DNA from: Paragordius varius
Lineage: Eukaryota > Animalia > Nematomorpha
Assembly: GCA_964247055.1 (NCBI GenBank)
Contig: OZ176052.1
Coordinates: 3,410,001 to 3,474,000 of the forward strand
Direction: 5' to 3'
DNA length: 64,000 nucleotides
Each line of letters begins with the position of its first letter. Within the stretch, counting starts at the first letter, position 1. The notes beneath the pieces are model-generated. The model saw nothing but the letters and a program-made list of their open reading frames with translations. It ran no database searches and was not told where the DNA came from. This document shows, in pieces, positions 50,079 through 63,458 of this stretch. Position numbers and translations under genes: made by a program.

Positions 50079-50553
50079 TGACTTAATCTTTATACCATTT
50101 GCATTTCAAGATATTAAATACTTCGAATTGCTTAAACATTTCAAATTAAACATTTGAAAGTTGCGTACCATATTTTATAAAACGCTATCTTTTAGTCAAA
50201 TGTCTTTTTCTATTTTCGAATTAAACATTCATTTAAAAAATATTTTAATTGAAATTTTTTCACAACAGTATATTTATAAACAATTGAATGTGGTTTTATA
50301 ATCTGAGACCTAAAAAAAACAGAAAACCTCTTGTAAAAAATATTTTTTTATCACTTATATTTTCTAAAAAAATAATATTTTAAGAAATATTAAATAAGCA
50401 CATCCTATATTAAAAAATTGTAATCTAATTATTAGCCAAGTATCAAATAATTATGTAACGTCTTATTTACCATTTATGTGGGTATCTTTTATATTTCAAT
50501 TACAATTTTATTCTCATTTGACTCTCTTAGGCGTTAGCCACAAAATTTAAAAC

Positions 50554-53500
50554 ATGAGCCGAGAAAAGAAATCACTTAATTTAGATTTTTTATATAAAAC
50601 AATGGGTATTTATTTTTTTAATATATAGAAACCCGGGATCCTAATAAACGTAAAATTAAACCGATTGCTAACGCCGATACGATTATTATGTCGGAAGATA
50701 GTTCGGATGATAGTGATTATAATCCCAATCCATCAAATACATCTAATTCGGAAAATGAAGATAATTCTAGCATAGAAGGAGAATCTTTAAGCATTGATTC
50801 CAAAGTTGAAGCAAAAAGTATTACAAATTCGGAATTACCAGAAAAATCAAACATTAATATAATAATGGTATAGTTTAATAGTTATATTTAGAATGATAAT
50901 CTTATTTGCATAATATGTCTCAACGATAACAAGTTAAATACGAATAATGTTTAGATTAGAGAGTGAAACTTTGGTTGAATGTGATATTTGTGGCGTAGTG
51001 GTTCATGAAGGTTTTGGTTAATTTAATTATAAAATTTATTTTATAAAAAATTTAATTATAATATATTTTAAAAACATGTTTCAGAATGCTATGGTATTTT
51101 TGTTGGAACACCAAACGCATATAGCACAAAAACAAGAATCGGTTTTTTTATAGTTATATATATATTACATGTATTTATTTTTTCATTAATTGTTTATATA
51201 TCACATTAATATATGGGTTATTAAGGAATATGCTAAATTTTACCTTAGTTTTATTTAAATTATAGTCTTCTCTTATAATTTAACTTATCTTCTAAATATT
51301 TATATCTTTCCTATTTCATATTTTTGTAACTTCACTAATTATAAATAAAAAACTAACGGTTGACTTTTGACTGCATTAATAATTTTATATAAGGATGCTT
51401 ATATTTTAATTTCTTCAATGTAATAAATATTTTTGATTTTAACATTTTTATAACACAAGGGAGTAATAATACTTCATGACCTTTTGGTGTAATTTTATAT
51501 CCCAAAGCCATTTAAAATTATTATATTCAACAAATAATTTTTAGCATTAGCCCAAATCAAAAAATATGCTTTCTTTAGCCTATTAGGCGCGCATTGTAAA
51601 AAATTTTAAAATATCGGCTGATAGTTTGGATCGTGGATTGGAGCTACCTGGATTTGGGACCATAGAAATTAAGAAAAGTGTAAAATAAGTTATTTTTTAT
51701 TTAATGCAGAAAAAGGTTTGGTAATTAGATGTTATCAACTTTAACAGTAATTTTTTACTACTTTAGCTCTGGGTATAAAACTATCCCCAAAATGTCATCG
51801 CGGGAAAAAATGAAAAGGTATTTAAGTGTGATAACAATACAACAAAATCTTCGTGTAGATACTCTTGTTTTAGACTTCAAATTTATTTTGTCATTATCAT
51901 TATCTAATATGATTGTTTCAAGGTTAATGAATCAAGCATTTAACAGTCCTTATATTTAATATAACATACACTTTTCATTTTTTAGATCCTATGGATATTC
52001 AATCACACAGTCGGAGAAGGGGATGCAAAAAAGATGTAGTATACCGGTCGAGCAATAAGAATAAAAAACTTAAAACATCTTTTTCTTACAGCGATATCCC
52101 ACTTGATTCACCCCTAATAAATCCATCCGTTGATTTAGTTGACATTGATCAACACATTAAGAATTTGAATGGTGTTGGTACCAACACCATGGTTCCAGGA
52201 AAAGGAACCACATCTCAAACTTCAATCAACCTGAACGAATTGCAAGGTAATGCCCGTTTATTATTATCAAACAACAATAACAATACCACATTAATAAATG
52301 ATAAAGTTAAACAGCAACCCAATGATGATGATGATAAAAATACCATTTTTCTTATGGATGTTGTTGAAGATAGTCAACAAACTGTTGAAAGAAATAGGAA
52401 AAATCCAGAATCTATTGATAACCCAAACAACAACGCAAATGATTGTGATTCTGTCATAGAAAACCTTAACCACCTTTATTGCAACAGTAGTTTTGATAGT
52501 AGTTATGGAAGTACTCGGAGTCATAATACACAACATAGCATTGCAAGCGGTGGTGATAATTTATATAATGTGAATGAGGATTTGTTTTTAAATGAAAAAA
52601 ACATGATTAATACAGCGAATAATGATGATGGTGATGATCGAGAAAGCGTAAGCAGTGTATTTTCAACTGAACCCTGGTTTTGTGAACCGTGTAAATCCGG
52701 CGTATATCTCCCCACGTGTCAGTTATGTCCTGCCATTCCTGGTATTGGTGCCTTCAAGGAAACGGATGTCCGAACGTATAAAAATATGATTTATAACTTT
52801 TAAACTAAAAAAAGTTTTAAATTAACGCCTAATGCAGTGGTGTTTAAACCGTGGCCTATGGGCCACGTGCGACCTTGAATTATTTGTTAAATTTTTTTGG
52901 TGTATGGTACTTATTTGAATATAATTATTTGCAAATGTATCAAACAGCTATGATTTTTTTCCGCACGCATTATATGTTTCAGGGCCCTTGAGATAATAAA
53001 AATATAATTGGCCCTTTAAATTTTTTGATGGGTACCACTGCTCTTAAATTTCGAATACAAAAAAAATATATCTTGCAACATTTTAAAGGTAATATAAATA
53101 TCGGATGATTAAATTAAACTCTACGTTATAACGCTAACCATATAAATGAGTTAGTTACACTATACCATTTACACTTAGAATTTATCCTTAAACGATTCGA
53201 ATTTCACCCTCGAACAATTCAAATTCACCCTAAAATAAATTATGTTAATATGAATTATACCTATATTTTAATATATATTTTAAAAACATAAAGTTTCGTT
53301 TAAAATTAAAATATAATACTGAAATATAATAAATTAAGCTCTATTATATTTTATATTAAAAATGAGTTATGTTATCCCGAAAACACATATTTTATTTTTA
53401 GGGTAAATTTAAATCGTTCATGTTCAAGGGTTAATTATAATTGTAAATGGTATACCACTATTTCTTCAAATTATTTTGATTTATATGGTTATCGTTTAAT

Positions 53501-56109
53501 TTGGTTGTAATAAAGAGTTAAAATTTGTTTATATGCTGGTTTTTCTATAATTAAAACTAAGAGAGAATATAATAATATTAATACCAATCATATTTATATT
53601 AGATGGGTTCATCTTGTTTGTGCTCTTTATACTCCAAGTGTCACGTTTGCTGATGTACAAAGATTATCAACAATTACGTTATTTGAATTAAATTATCGCA
53701 AATTTGGTGAAAAGGTAGCATATATAACAAAAAAATGATTAAAAATCATAATTGAATATTTTATCCATACTTTATTTTAATTTACTTTTGAGTTTTTTTA
53801 TATACCAGAGTTAGTTTACATCATTGATTGTAAATTATAAAATTTATGTAATTGCTTGCAACATATATTCGAAATTTCTTTATAATTAATTTGCCAAGTT
53901 TTATGGTTTATATATAATTTTTACTAATGTCATTTTTTTAAGTGTAACCCCCAAACAATAACACAGTTTTCAATATATGTTGTAAATTATAAATGATAGA
54001 ATTTATTTTAATTAAACTTGACATTATTAAAGGTCAACAAATAAATTAATTTTATATTCTTACAATATTTTTATATCAAATTTGATCCCAATGAATGATT
54101 TTTACCGTTTTATGTAAAGGAATGTGCATATTGTGAAGATAAGCTATTAGCGCGAACAGGGATTTGTATCAAATGTGATGCTGGAATGTGTCGGACATAT
54201 TTTCATGTCACGTGGTTGGTTTTATATCATATTTTTTGTGTCGTATAAAATTTTTTGGTATCTAAATTTTATAAAACAACCATTTACAATTAATTTGGAC
54301 TTTTTCTCACCCTATTAACTCAAAAAACTGTGTTTTTGCAAATAATCATTGTTATAACCATTAAAACAATTTTAGTTAAGAATGCACCTATGAACTAAAA
54401 CAAAAATAACTTAGCTAAAAGTATTCCGTATGCAAGAAAGCATAAAACATGAATTTTTACTTTAAATTAACCTTTATTTTATATAGTGTTCTTGTTAAAA
54501 ATGGTAAAATTAAAAATACAGAATGTTTAACGCCTTATTTTACCAAATATGAAAGACCCTTTTTTATTACTTGTTACACATTTTCCTAGTTATTAAATTA
54601 GTTGGCACAAATCTTAGTTGTTTTTTTGGAAAACTAATCAAAATGGCACAAATAAATTTATAATATTCTTTCTTATCCTATTCAATTCATTTCATATTTC
54701 TTAGTGCACAACGTGAAGGTTTATTAATTGAAAACTATAATATTGGTTTGCCAATGACTTTTCCCAATAGTCCGCCACAATCAGCCCGAAATAAAAACGT
54801 GTCCTCATATAATATCCTTACAGGCAAAAATATGAATAAAAACGAACCTTTTAGCAATACAAATGATCTTGAGAATGATTTCGAAAGTGAAATTTATTCT
54901 CAAGATTTTAACACTAAAGGTAAAGGATGTGGTGATGCTATAAATAATAATCATTTATCGCCTGAAAACGCATACTTTGCATTTTGTAAGCTACATTATG
55001 GCCTTAAGGAACAGTATAAAAAGAGAGCTAGGGATTACAATTTAGCTGTAACTCGGCAACTAAATAAAATTCGGTAAAATTTTTAATATTATTATTTGGA
55101 TAGATATGTAAATTCTAGTTATTTTTATAATTTTTTGGTTAAATTAATTATTATCGAGAAATTTTGATTTTTTTAACTTTATTTTCATAGCAAATTGAAA
55201 AGGGACGATGATTATCAGGGCGATGGCACTTTTTCTATGGATTTGAAGGATCTTTATTTTAAAGGTATATTTAGTTTTTACCTTTAGTCAAGCGGATACA
55301 ATTTTTTCAAAAACTCCAATTTTGTATTTATATATAAAAAATAAAAGAAATTTCATGGTATTTTTATCATGTCTCAATTTTGTCCCCTAATTTTATGATG
55401 CATAATCAATCCATATTTAAGCCATTTTCGGTAAGATTCCATACCTATAAAATAACTTACTGAGTGTATGCCTAAATTTATAATTTATAATTAAGAAAAA
55501 TACATATATTATTTATTTAAGAGCGCTGTTTTTACAATTTTGTTTGGGGATATACCTTATTCTAAGGCAAACCAAGTCCTATTTTCTATCTTCCCCGCGA
55601 TGTTGGCTGGATCATGAAAATGCGTTAACGGCAAAGGCCAGTTTCTAATGATGATCTGTAAAACATTATTTGTGCACAAGGGCATGCGTTACGTAAAAAA
55701 TTGCCTCAGATTACTCCGATTTATAAATATTATGAATACAAATTATTTCGTGGTACGAAAACTCCGAATCCGGAGTCCTACCCTTTATGATTGATTGATT
55801 GTTTGATACCTACTTTTTTGTAACGTGCTATATGGAAACTTTTTGATTGACGAAATTTATAAAATATTTACACTTAAATTGTAAGTCTAACTTTTTACAT
55901 ATCAAAGTTATTATTTCTTATAATCTAGTGGACATGTCCAGAAATGATATTACTGATTTCTGCAAGAAATATAGTAACAATAATTCATTCTTACATGATA
56001 ATAATTTAATCACCGATTACATCGAATCTAAACCCATGGAAACTTTGTTAGACCCTGAAGAGTTTGGAAATGAACATTTGAATCAAAAACATCAATTGTT
56101 ACTTACAAA

Positions 56110-56162
<53 letters not shown>

Positions 56163-59100
56163 AATAGTTTTGCACTTAAAAAATGATATATCTTATATCT
56201 TACGGAATTTTAAATAAAAATTTATAACAGCATATATTATATCTCTAACAGAAGGCGAGAAAACGGTTTTTAAAGATGATTTGGTTATAGAGCAAAAAAA
56301 TATTATTAATATAGTTTATTTTTTCCATAGTTTGGTAATATTATGTTATAAGTTAAGTTGAAATGTTATCATTAATTTTTACACATACTGAAAAATAAAG
56401 AACTTATGAAATATTTCCTCTAACACCCAATAGTTTGTTGGCTTGATTAGACGTGTATGATTCGTATTTTTATAAGCTTAGAACCATTATTAATGTGTAT
56501 TTAATAGACATTTGAAAAATTGATCATTTCATGCAAAAAATATACCTATTCAAACATAAATAGACGCATTTTACGTCGACTTTGTGAAAAACGGTCCACA
56601 TATAACGCATACGAAGTTGATTATGGCCGGAGTTTACTTGATTACTGGCTCCCAGATCAAAGTATGGAAAAGATTTATGGAAGGCATCTCACAACTGACC
56701 CCTATTACGTTCGATGTTTAATCGAACGAAAAGCACCCCTTTTTGGTATTCATCGGATTGAAGTATATACTATATATATGACTACAATGTTTAACAAAAT
56801 GAACAAAAAATGAAACGAATATTTTTGATAGCGAGTTTTAATTTGTTCTTTACGCTTTTTAATGCCTTAAAACGAATATTTTAATTAATTCAAATTGTAT
56901 ACATTATATTGTACCCAATTTAAATTATATTTTTTGTTTGACATAACGTAAAGTATTCATAAAACACATTTTGTAAATGAACCTATTCAAATAATTTAAA
57001 TGCTCTACTACATGCATTTTCTTTTGACCATGTGCATTACATAGCTATATATATCTAAATATATATATATATATATATAGTCCTTGCTGGGATTTGGAAC
57101 CTTCATAAATTATACTAACCCTGTAATAACTAATACAACCCAACATAAAGACTCCAATGATATCCATGAAAGTTCTATGGCATCTGATACATCGCTGCTA
57201 ACTTTAACCCCTCTGAATACGCCAGAGTTTACGCCAAAATTTGTGGATCTGTTTATGGGTTGTTTTTTGTCTTTGGTTTTTTTGTAAATGTCTATTTTTT
57301 TCTGATTTTAAACTATGTTTTTATATATAATATATATTTAGAGCGTGAAAATGCCCTTAAAAAGCTTACCTCTAATACCGTTACAATAAAATCGGATATA
57401 AATTCGCTGAAATTTAAACATGGTGAATTGGACAAAAATGTTGCCAAAGTAATTTTGTTTCATATTTATATTTTTTTAGTACAAATTTCATAATGTACAT
57501 TTCATTTTAATAAAATGTATCATAGGATATCATTGGACAACATAAGAATATTCGTTATCAATTAATTGTTATCTATTACATAATTTTTATTATTAATCAT
57601 TTTCAAATGTATATTAGATGAGGAACCTGGTTGAAAACAGCACAATCGAACAAAATCGTCATGTAAACTACACATTTTGTTATATATTTTTCAATTAAAT
57701 AACGCATTTTTACAAAGAATTAATATATCTTTTCAATCCATTCATGGTTTTTGTTATATAGGCGAGTCATTTTGAGGACATCAAAAAATATATGGCTATC
57801 CTACGCCTTTTATCCAGTAAAACAGAAAAAGATAAGATTTTTACGGCACAATCTTCGTTGGATAAACGGTTAGACCTTTCCAAAATGGGTCCTAAAAGTC
57901 AACGACTTAAACGAGCCCTCTTAAATGAGAAAAATAAAGCCACGATCTCCACAACTGCTTCTACACAAGAACGACAAAGGGTGGCTATTCAAGAATATAT
58001 AAAGGATTCCATGGTATATATTTATATATGCATGTGTTGATTCGTTGTTTTATAAATGTAGGGTATTAATTTTTGTTTTTAAAAAAATGGTATTGACTGA
58101 AGTTTATTGTATTTATTGGTCATTGTATATCGAGTTCCGACTTCTCTTATAAAATTAATGTGAAATATTTTTTTTTCAATAACTATCGTAAATATTATTC
58201 TGTATCATAAAGGCTTCTATACTATATTTTTTTCCATATTGTCGTCTGTTTTTTAAACAAAAAATTGGCTTTATTTGAATTATTTCTTTGAATACCCCTT
58301 TTAGTCAAAGTCTAAAACAGGGGTGTCCAACACGCGACCCTTTAAAATATTTCAGCCGCCGCTAGAAATTTCTAAAAAATTTAAGTAAGCTCATTTAAAC
58401 AAATTTTTTAAGTTTTTCCGAATTTTGGCAAGAACTAGCAATAAATATTATTAGTTATTGCCCATATATTTAGCGGATGCGGCCCTCTAAGCCTTTGTAT
58501 TGGACACTACTGGTCTAAATGGTCATTAATATTTTTCCTTTGATGAAAGAAAGTATTATAATTGTGGTTCAACTTTTTTCTTTAATAATTTTGCTAATAA
58601 TCAGACTCAAGTATGCCCATTGATAAACATATTTTTAAATATATATATTTATTCTTTGATAGGCCGGATTTTCATGAATTTTTACGATCAAAAAAACTGT
58701 ATGATTTTGTATTTATATTAACTTAGAACCTTTTGGATTCAAAAGTATGCAAAACTACCGGCAAACGATTTGACGATAATGCCTTAGATATTACATTATG
58801 CGGAGAAAATACTTCATCTATTTGTGTTAAACAATCGCCATCATTTATACATTTACTGACACAACAAACTGCTAAAACATTAAACGATAATTCATTAACA
58901 CAGCAAAATAATGTTAATAATAATCACACTTATTATGCCAAAAATGATACCAGTATTATAACCATAAATGGTAAAATTTTGAATCCAATTAGCTTGGTGA
59001 CAGAAAAAAATCACACACAAACATCAACACAATTAACGCAAGATAAAGATAAATATTTTACTAGGGGTGTGGTGGCTAAAACCGAAATTCCACACAATGA

Positions 59101-61615
59101 TAAATTGATTGAACAACCAATCAAAAATAATGTTTCCATTTTTCAAAATATTTTTAAGTCGGTAGATTCAACAAAAAAGCCCGCCTCCTCTCAACTTAAA
59201 AAGAAATCTCCGACCAAAATTAAACGCCTAAAAACTGAAAATACAGTCTTAGATGAGGAAAATAAAGGGTTTAATTCAAACACAAAATCTGAAACATTAA
59301 AATCTATTGATTTAAAGACAGAGGATATAGAATCAGATGTCACAATCGTACCCCAAAACATGACTGTTAATGCAGATGTTTCGAATCTGGTAAAATTAGA
59401 AAAAAACAAAATTGTTGAAGCGAATAAGATAAGTTTGAAAAAAGGTACTACACCAACAATTACAAACAAATCAAAAGCTTCACTCAAACAAGTTAATAAA
59501 TGCGACATTAAACCACCTGTAACAGAATCTGTAGAAACAAATATTTCCAAAACCGATTCCAATCTGGATGATATTATACAAAATCAAAGTTTAATAGCTT
59601 TCAGAAAACGGTTTACTAAAATTTCTATGGAGAATAAGGATTCCTCATTGATTTATAAAAAACCGTCGATAAAGGAAAAAGAGCTTGAAACTCTAAATAC
59701 GGAAACACACAATAATAATGAAAAATCAGCCACCAAAACAGCTGAACGTGGATTAGAAGAAAACGGCAATATAAATGACAAAGAGGTCAAGGTAGAATTT
59801 CACCAAAAATCAGAAACAATCGATATAGAAGCAGGCCGTGAAAATATTGATAATGTAAATGCGAACTCACCACATATTGAGGTCAATCCAATTGAAATTG
59901 GCAAGCTAAAAGAATTAAACAATATTACAAATGACAATATTAATGATGAAACTAGTACATCTATCAAAAAAGAAAATGTTTTAACAACCAAAATATCCTT
60001 AGTCACTGAAATAGACTGTAACATTTCCAAAAAAAATATTTCATCTCCACCCATAATTAACGCTCAAATAGATAAAAACATGGAAAAGGAGATATGTGAA
60101 ATTAGGCATGAATCCGATACGATAACAAATTTACCACAATCAAGCCCTGATCCAGTAATGACAGAAAAATTCCCAATAACAATCAATAAGTAAATTTAAT
60201 AGTTTTATGTAAATACCTAATAATAATTGTTTAATGTAATAATTAAAAAAATTTATATTTAATAAGATCATGATCAAGTCTAAAAAATCTTAAAACTTTA
60301 TTAAAAAGTGGAATACTCTAATTAATATATTAATTGCCTTAACACGTTTATAATTGGAATAAAAAAAGCTATTTAGCTTCATTTTAACAATATTATCAGT
60401 GTATTTATTCTATATGAAAACGATATATATAATATATTTAATGATGTAAAGCGAGAATTTGGATTTTTTAATGCGATCCCAGTTACAAAATTAGAGGATT
60501 AAAGGGCGGTATGCTTCTATTGGATAAAAAATTATATATCCCTAATTAATTGATATATGAAAAACATTTTGATTTTATAAAATTTATTATGCTGTTCTGC
60601 TCAAATAGGTTATTATTATCAGATTCGATGATAGCATAATCTTTAATTTAGAATATCACTTACAAATACCAATCATATCGTATTGGATAAAACTATTTCC
60701 GATTCTTTTGACAATCAAGAACTCTCACCCTCAGCAAAACAAGATATTGATTTATTAGATCAGAGTTTGGATAAGGTCAACTTGCAAAAAGATTCGCCAA
60801 AAACTACTAACGATCTTCGATCATATCGGTATGTTATTATTTTTTTACAAAATAAACGGATATATTGCGTTTTTCTTATTTGTGTTCAATAAGTTTAGAT
60901 CTGACAGGTAATAATATTATAACCGTGATTTGGCCTTAAACTTAAACATATTTCTGGTATACATGTTATAAAATTTAGAAATTTTTTTAAATCGTTTTAC
61001 TTTTTTTATATGATTTTTATTTTGATTATCCAGATTTTTTCGATGATTTTGCATTGATAAACGGTTAGACCGGTTATTTTGTTATTTGTCAAAATAATAC
61101 TATCTCTAATTTTTTATAACATATACTTTATAAATATTAAATTTAGATTGCGCACAAATTTATATAAATCTAAACCAACCAATATTAATATTATATCATC
61201 AACCAAGTCAGAATCTGATGTTTGCATAAACACACTGCCTGATACTACACCTTTATCACCTCAAAAATCAATAGGCCATACTGAAGAGATATCAGAAAAA
61301 CAATTGAAGCAATCCGAAAAACCTTATTCACTAAGACACAAAAAATATAAAAATAATTCCGCGTTTCATCCATACAAACATGCCTTAAATGACATAACTA
61401 TTATGGATAACAAATGTAAAAGTGAATCATCCAACAATAATATGTTAAATCATGATAATAAGGTTCAATCAGTAGAGCCCGAATATAATCACGCAACATA
61501 TGAAATTATAAGAAACACCACTCCCATCAATATTGTACCAAATGGTTCACTTTTTGCCATTGAAAAAATATCTTCTATTAATGAAGAAAGTCCATCATGT
61601 GAATTTATTAAATAA
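50554..61615 (+). CDS. PHF14: PHF14-like PZP (PHD-Zn knuckle-PHD) chromatin protein with long disordered tail, about 20 exons; exon structure uncertain in 55265-55928
   Basis: RDPNKRKIKP..DSSDDSDY; LICIICL..ECDICGVVVHEECYG; STEPWFCEPCK..CQLCP; FKETD..WVHLVCALYTP; ECAYCEDKLLARTGICIKCDAGMCRTYFHVTCAQREGLL; PEFTPKFVDLFMERE. The 3' exons (58727-60189, 60652-60828, 61147-61615) join in phase but carry no conserved motif. Confidence 0.85.
52835..53040. mobile_element. hAT MITE in a PHF14 intron
   Basis: Ends cagtggt / accactg and internal ggcc-rich subterminal motifs. TSD not conserved. Confidence 0.55.
53163..53452. mobile_element. TA-flanked TACCATTT-family MITE in a PHF14 intron
   Basis: ta|taccatttac...gtaaatggta|ta; homologous to 22381-22657. 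Confidence 0.8.
56111..56159. repeat. (TA)n microsatellite; others near 20209-20230, 23260-23290, 24023-24070, 24367-24389, 57061-57079
   Basis: Directly visible dinucleotide runs. Confidence 0.95.
58318..58512. mobile_element. hAT (Buster/Charlie-type) MITE
   Basis: Ends caggggtgtccaa / ttggacactactg; TSD gtctaaaa / gtctaaat. Confidence 0.8.
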
Positions 61616-62016
61616 ATTGTTAACTTAATTTTTTATAATTTATTTAACGCATCGCTGTAACTTAGTCTTTTTTAAAGAGAAAGAATTAATAGTCCATAGT
61701 CAAAATTTTTTCGGATGCTTAATTTTTATAAGATGGGGCTAAAATCATGGGTTAATTTGAAAAGATCTTGGCTTAAATTTTTGTCTTTATACCCAATGCA
61801 CTAAATTAAAATTTATCCTGCTTTGTAATATCTAAAACAATTATTTTATTCTGATAGCTTATCCGAAAAACGTTTCAATATGGTGGCGTATTTAACAATG
61901 TGTAGGTCTAGAAATTAAAAAAGCTGGTCTGGGTTTTTGTCTTTCCTCTTGCTTATAACTTGGGCGAAAATAAAAGATCTTTATCTATATTAAGAGTTGA
62001 GCAAGCTTACCCAGCG

Positions 62017-63458
62017 CAGAAGCGTACTGAGGGGGGGCAAGGGGGTGCATCATGCCCCGGGTGCCATTATTTAGGCGCGCCTAAATGATTTTTATTTAAA
62101 TTTAAAATATGCAAAAATAATAACCTTCAAGTAAGCAGCAATTTACGTAATAATCTTCAAAATAATATAAAAATTATATAAATGAGATTAAGAGCAAATA
62201 TCATGTAAAGAACAACTTTCATGTAGATATTTCCTGCAACAGATGCATTATTTTTTCGCTTAAAAAACGTTTCTTTATCACGCATATATTGTTGATTCAT
62301 GTATTGCCTTTAATTAAATTATTTTAACTTCTCTCTCTCTGTTCAAAACCTTATCTCTTGTCCCTATAATATTGCATTTTTATTTTAATCATATTCAATT
62401 TCAAACAATTTTATTTATTTAAATCCTCAAGATCATTCCATTTCTAACAAGGAAGGTTTTTATTAATAATATGGCCTTGTATTCTTTATAATGACTTTCA
62501 TTTTCATCAGCTATCAATGCCTGAACTCAGCGGTTACGCAAATAGCAAACGAAAAGGAAGAGAATAAAACAAATAAAATGCGAATGAGTATGAAATCTTC
62601 TTTAACGAAAATATCTGACTATCACTATAACATTGAAAAATAGTATGCGACACAAACATGGTACTCCTTAATAATAATAACATTTATACACCTGAAACCC
62701 TATTTATTGAAAATAGAGATGAGAAAACTACAAATATACCATTAGTAATTCCAAGCGCTTTACCTATAGAGTTTAATGATGTCGCCTTTTTAAAATTTAT
62801 TAATAATATGTTCCCGTAATATTTAATTTACTTCGCACTGAAATGATTCGTGAATCTCAACGATTTCAAACTAAATGCAATCTCTTTGAAACAAAAAATC
62901 ATCGTTCAATGCCCCATTCTTGGTTTTTTCGACGTGTGGTTAAAAAAGAAGGATTAGAAGTTGAGAGGTCTTTGCTTATATATTCACCAAAGAACAAATC
63001 TGCGTATTGTTTTTGTTGCCTACTTTTTGATTGATCAAATTCTTTACCATCATCTTTTATAACTATGCATGATTTTAGTAAATGGAGGAAAAAAGATAAA
63101 TTAATCCATCATGAAAATAGCCTCAATCATCATAAAGCATTTAGTACTTGGAAAGAGGGAGAAAGAAGATTGAATAAATAAAACAGGGATTGATGGTGCT
63201 CTAGAAGCTCATATACAATCGGAAAAGAATGGATGGCGAAATATTTTACATCGAATATTGGGCTGCATGAAATTTTTAATCAACCAAAATCTCCCTTTTC
63301 GAGGATATGTTGAAAGTTTAATATACTTATCTATGGTGTTTAGGTTGCAACGTTTGTATTTTTTACTAAATTGTTTTATTAACTTTCAAAAAGAGTACGA
63401 AGGGGATCGCCATAAGAGTTTTATGCCCCGGGCGCCACAAATGCCCAGTATGCCACTG
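62017..63458 (+). mobile_element. Internally deleted hAT element (Tip100/ZMYM1-like), 1442 bp
   Basis: Perfect 8-bp TSD ACCCAGCG (62009-62016, 63459-63466). TIRs CAGAAGCGTACTG vs CAGTGGCATACTG. Shared subterminal atgccccggg. TTF-type Zn-finger remnant LIYSPKNKSAYCFCCLLF..KW..HENS..H. No DDE core seen. Confidence 0.88.

Noticed and set aside
58663-58698. Possible PHF14 mini-exon between AG and GT
   Set aside because: No phase combination keeps the frame; direct 58013-58727 splicing is phase-consistent.
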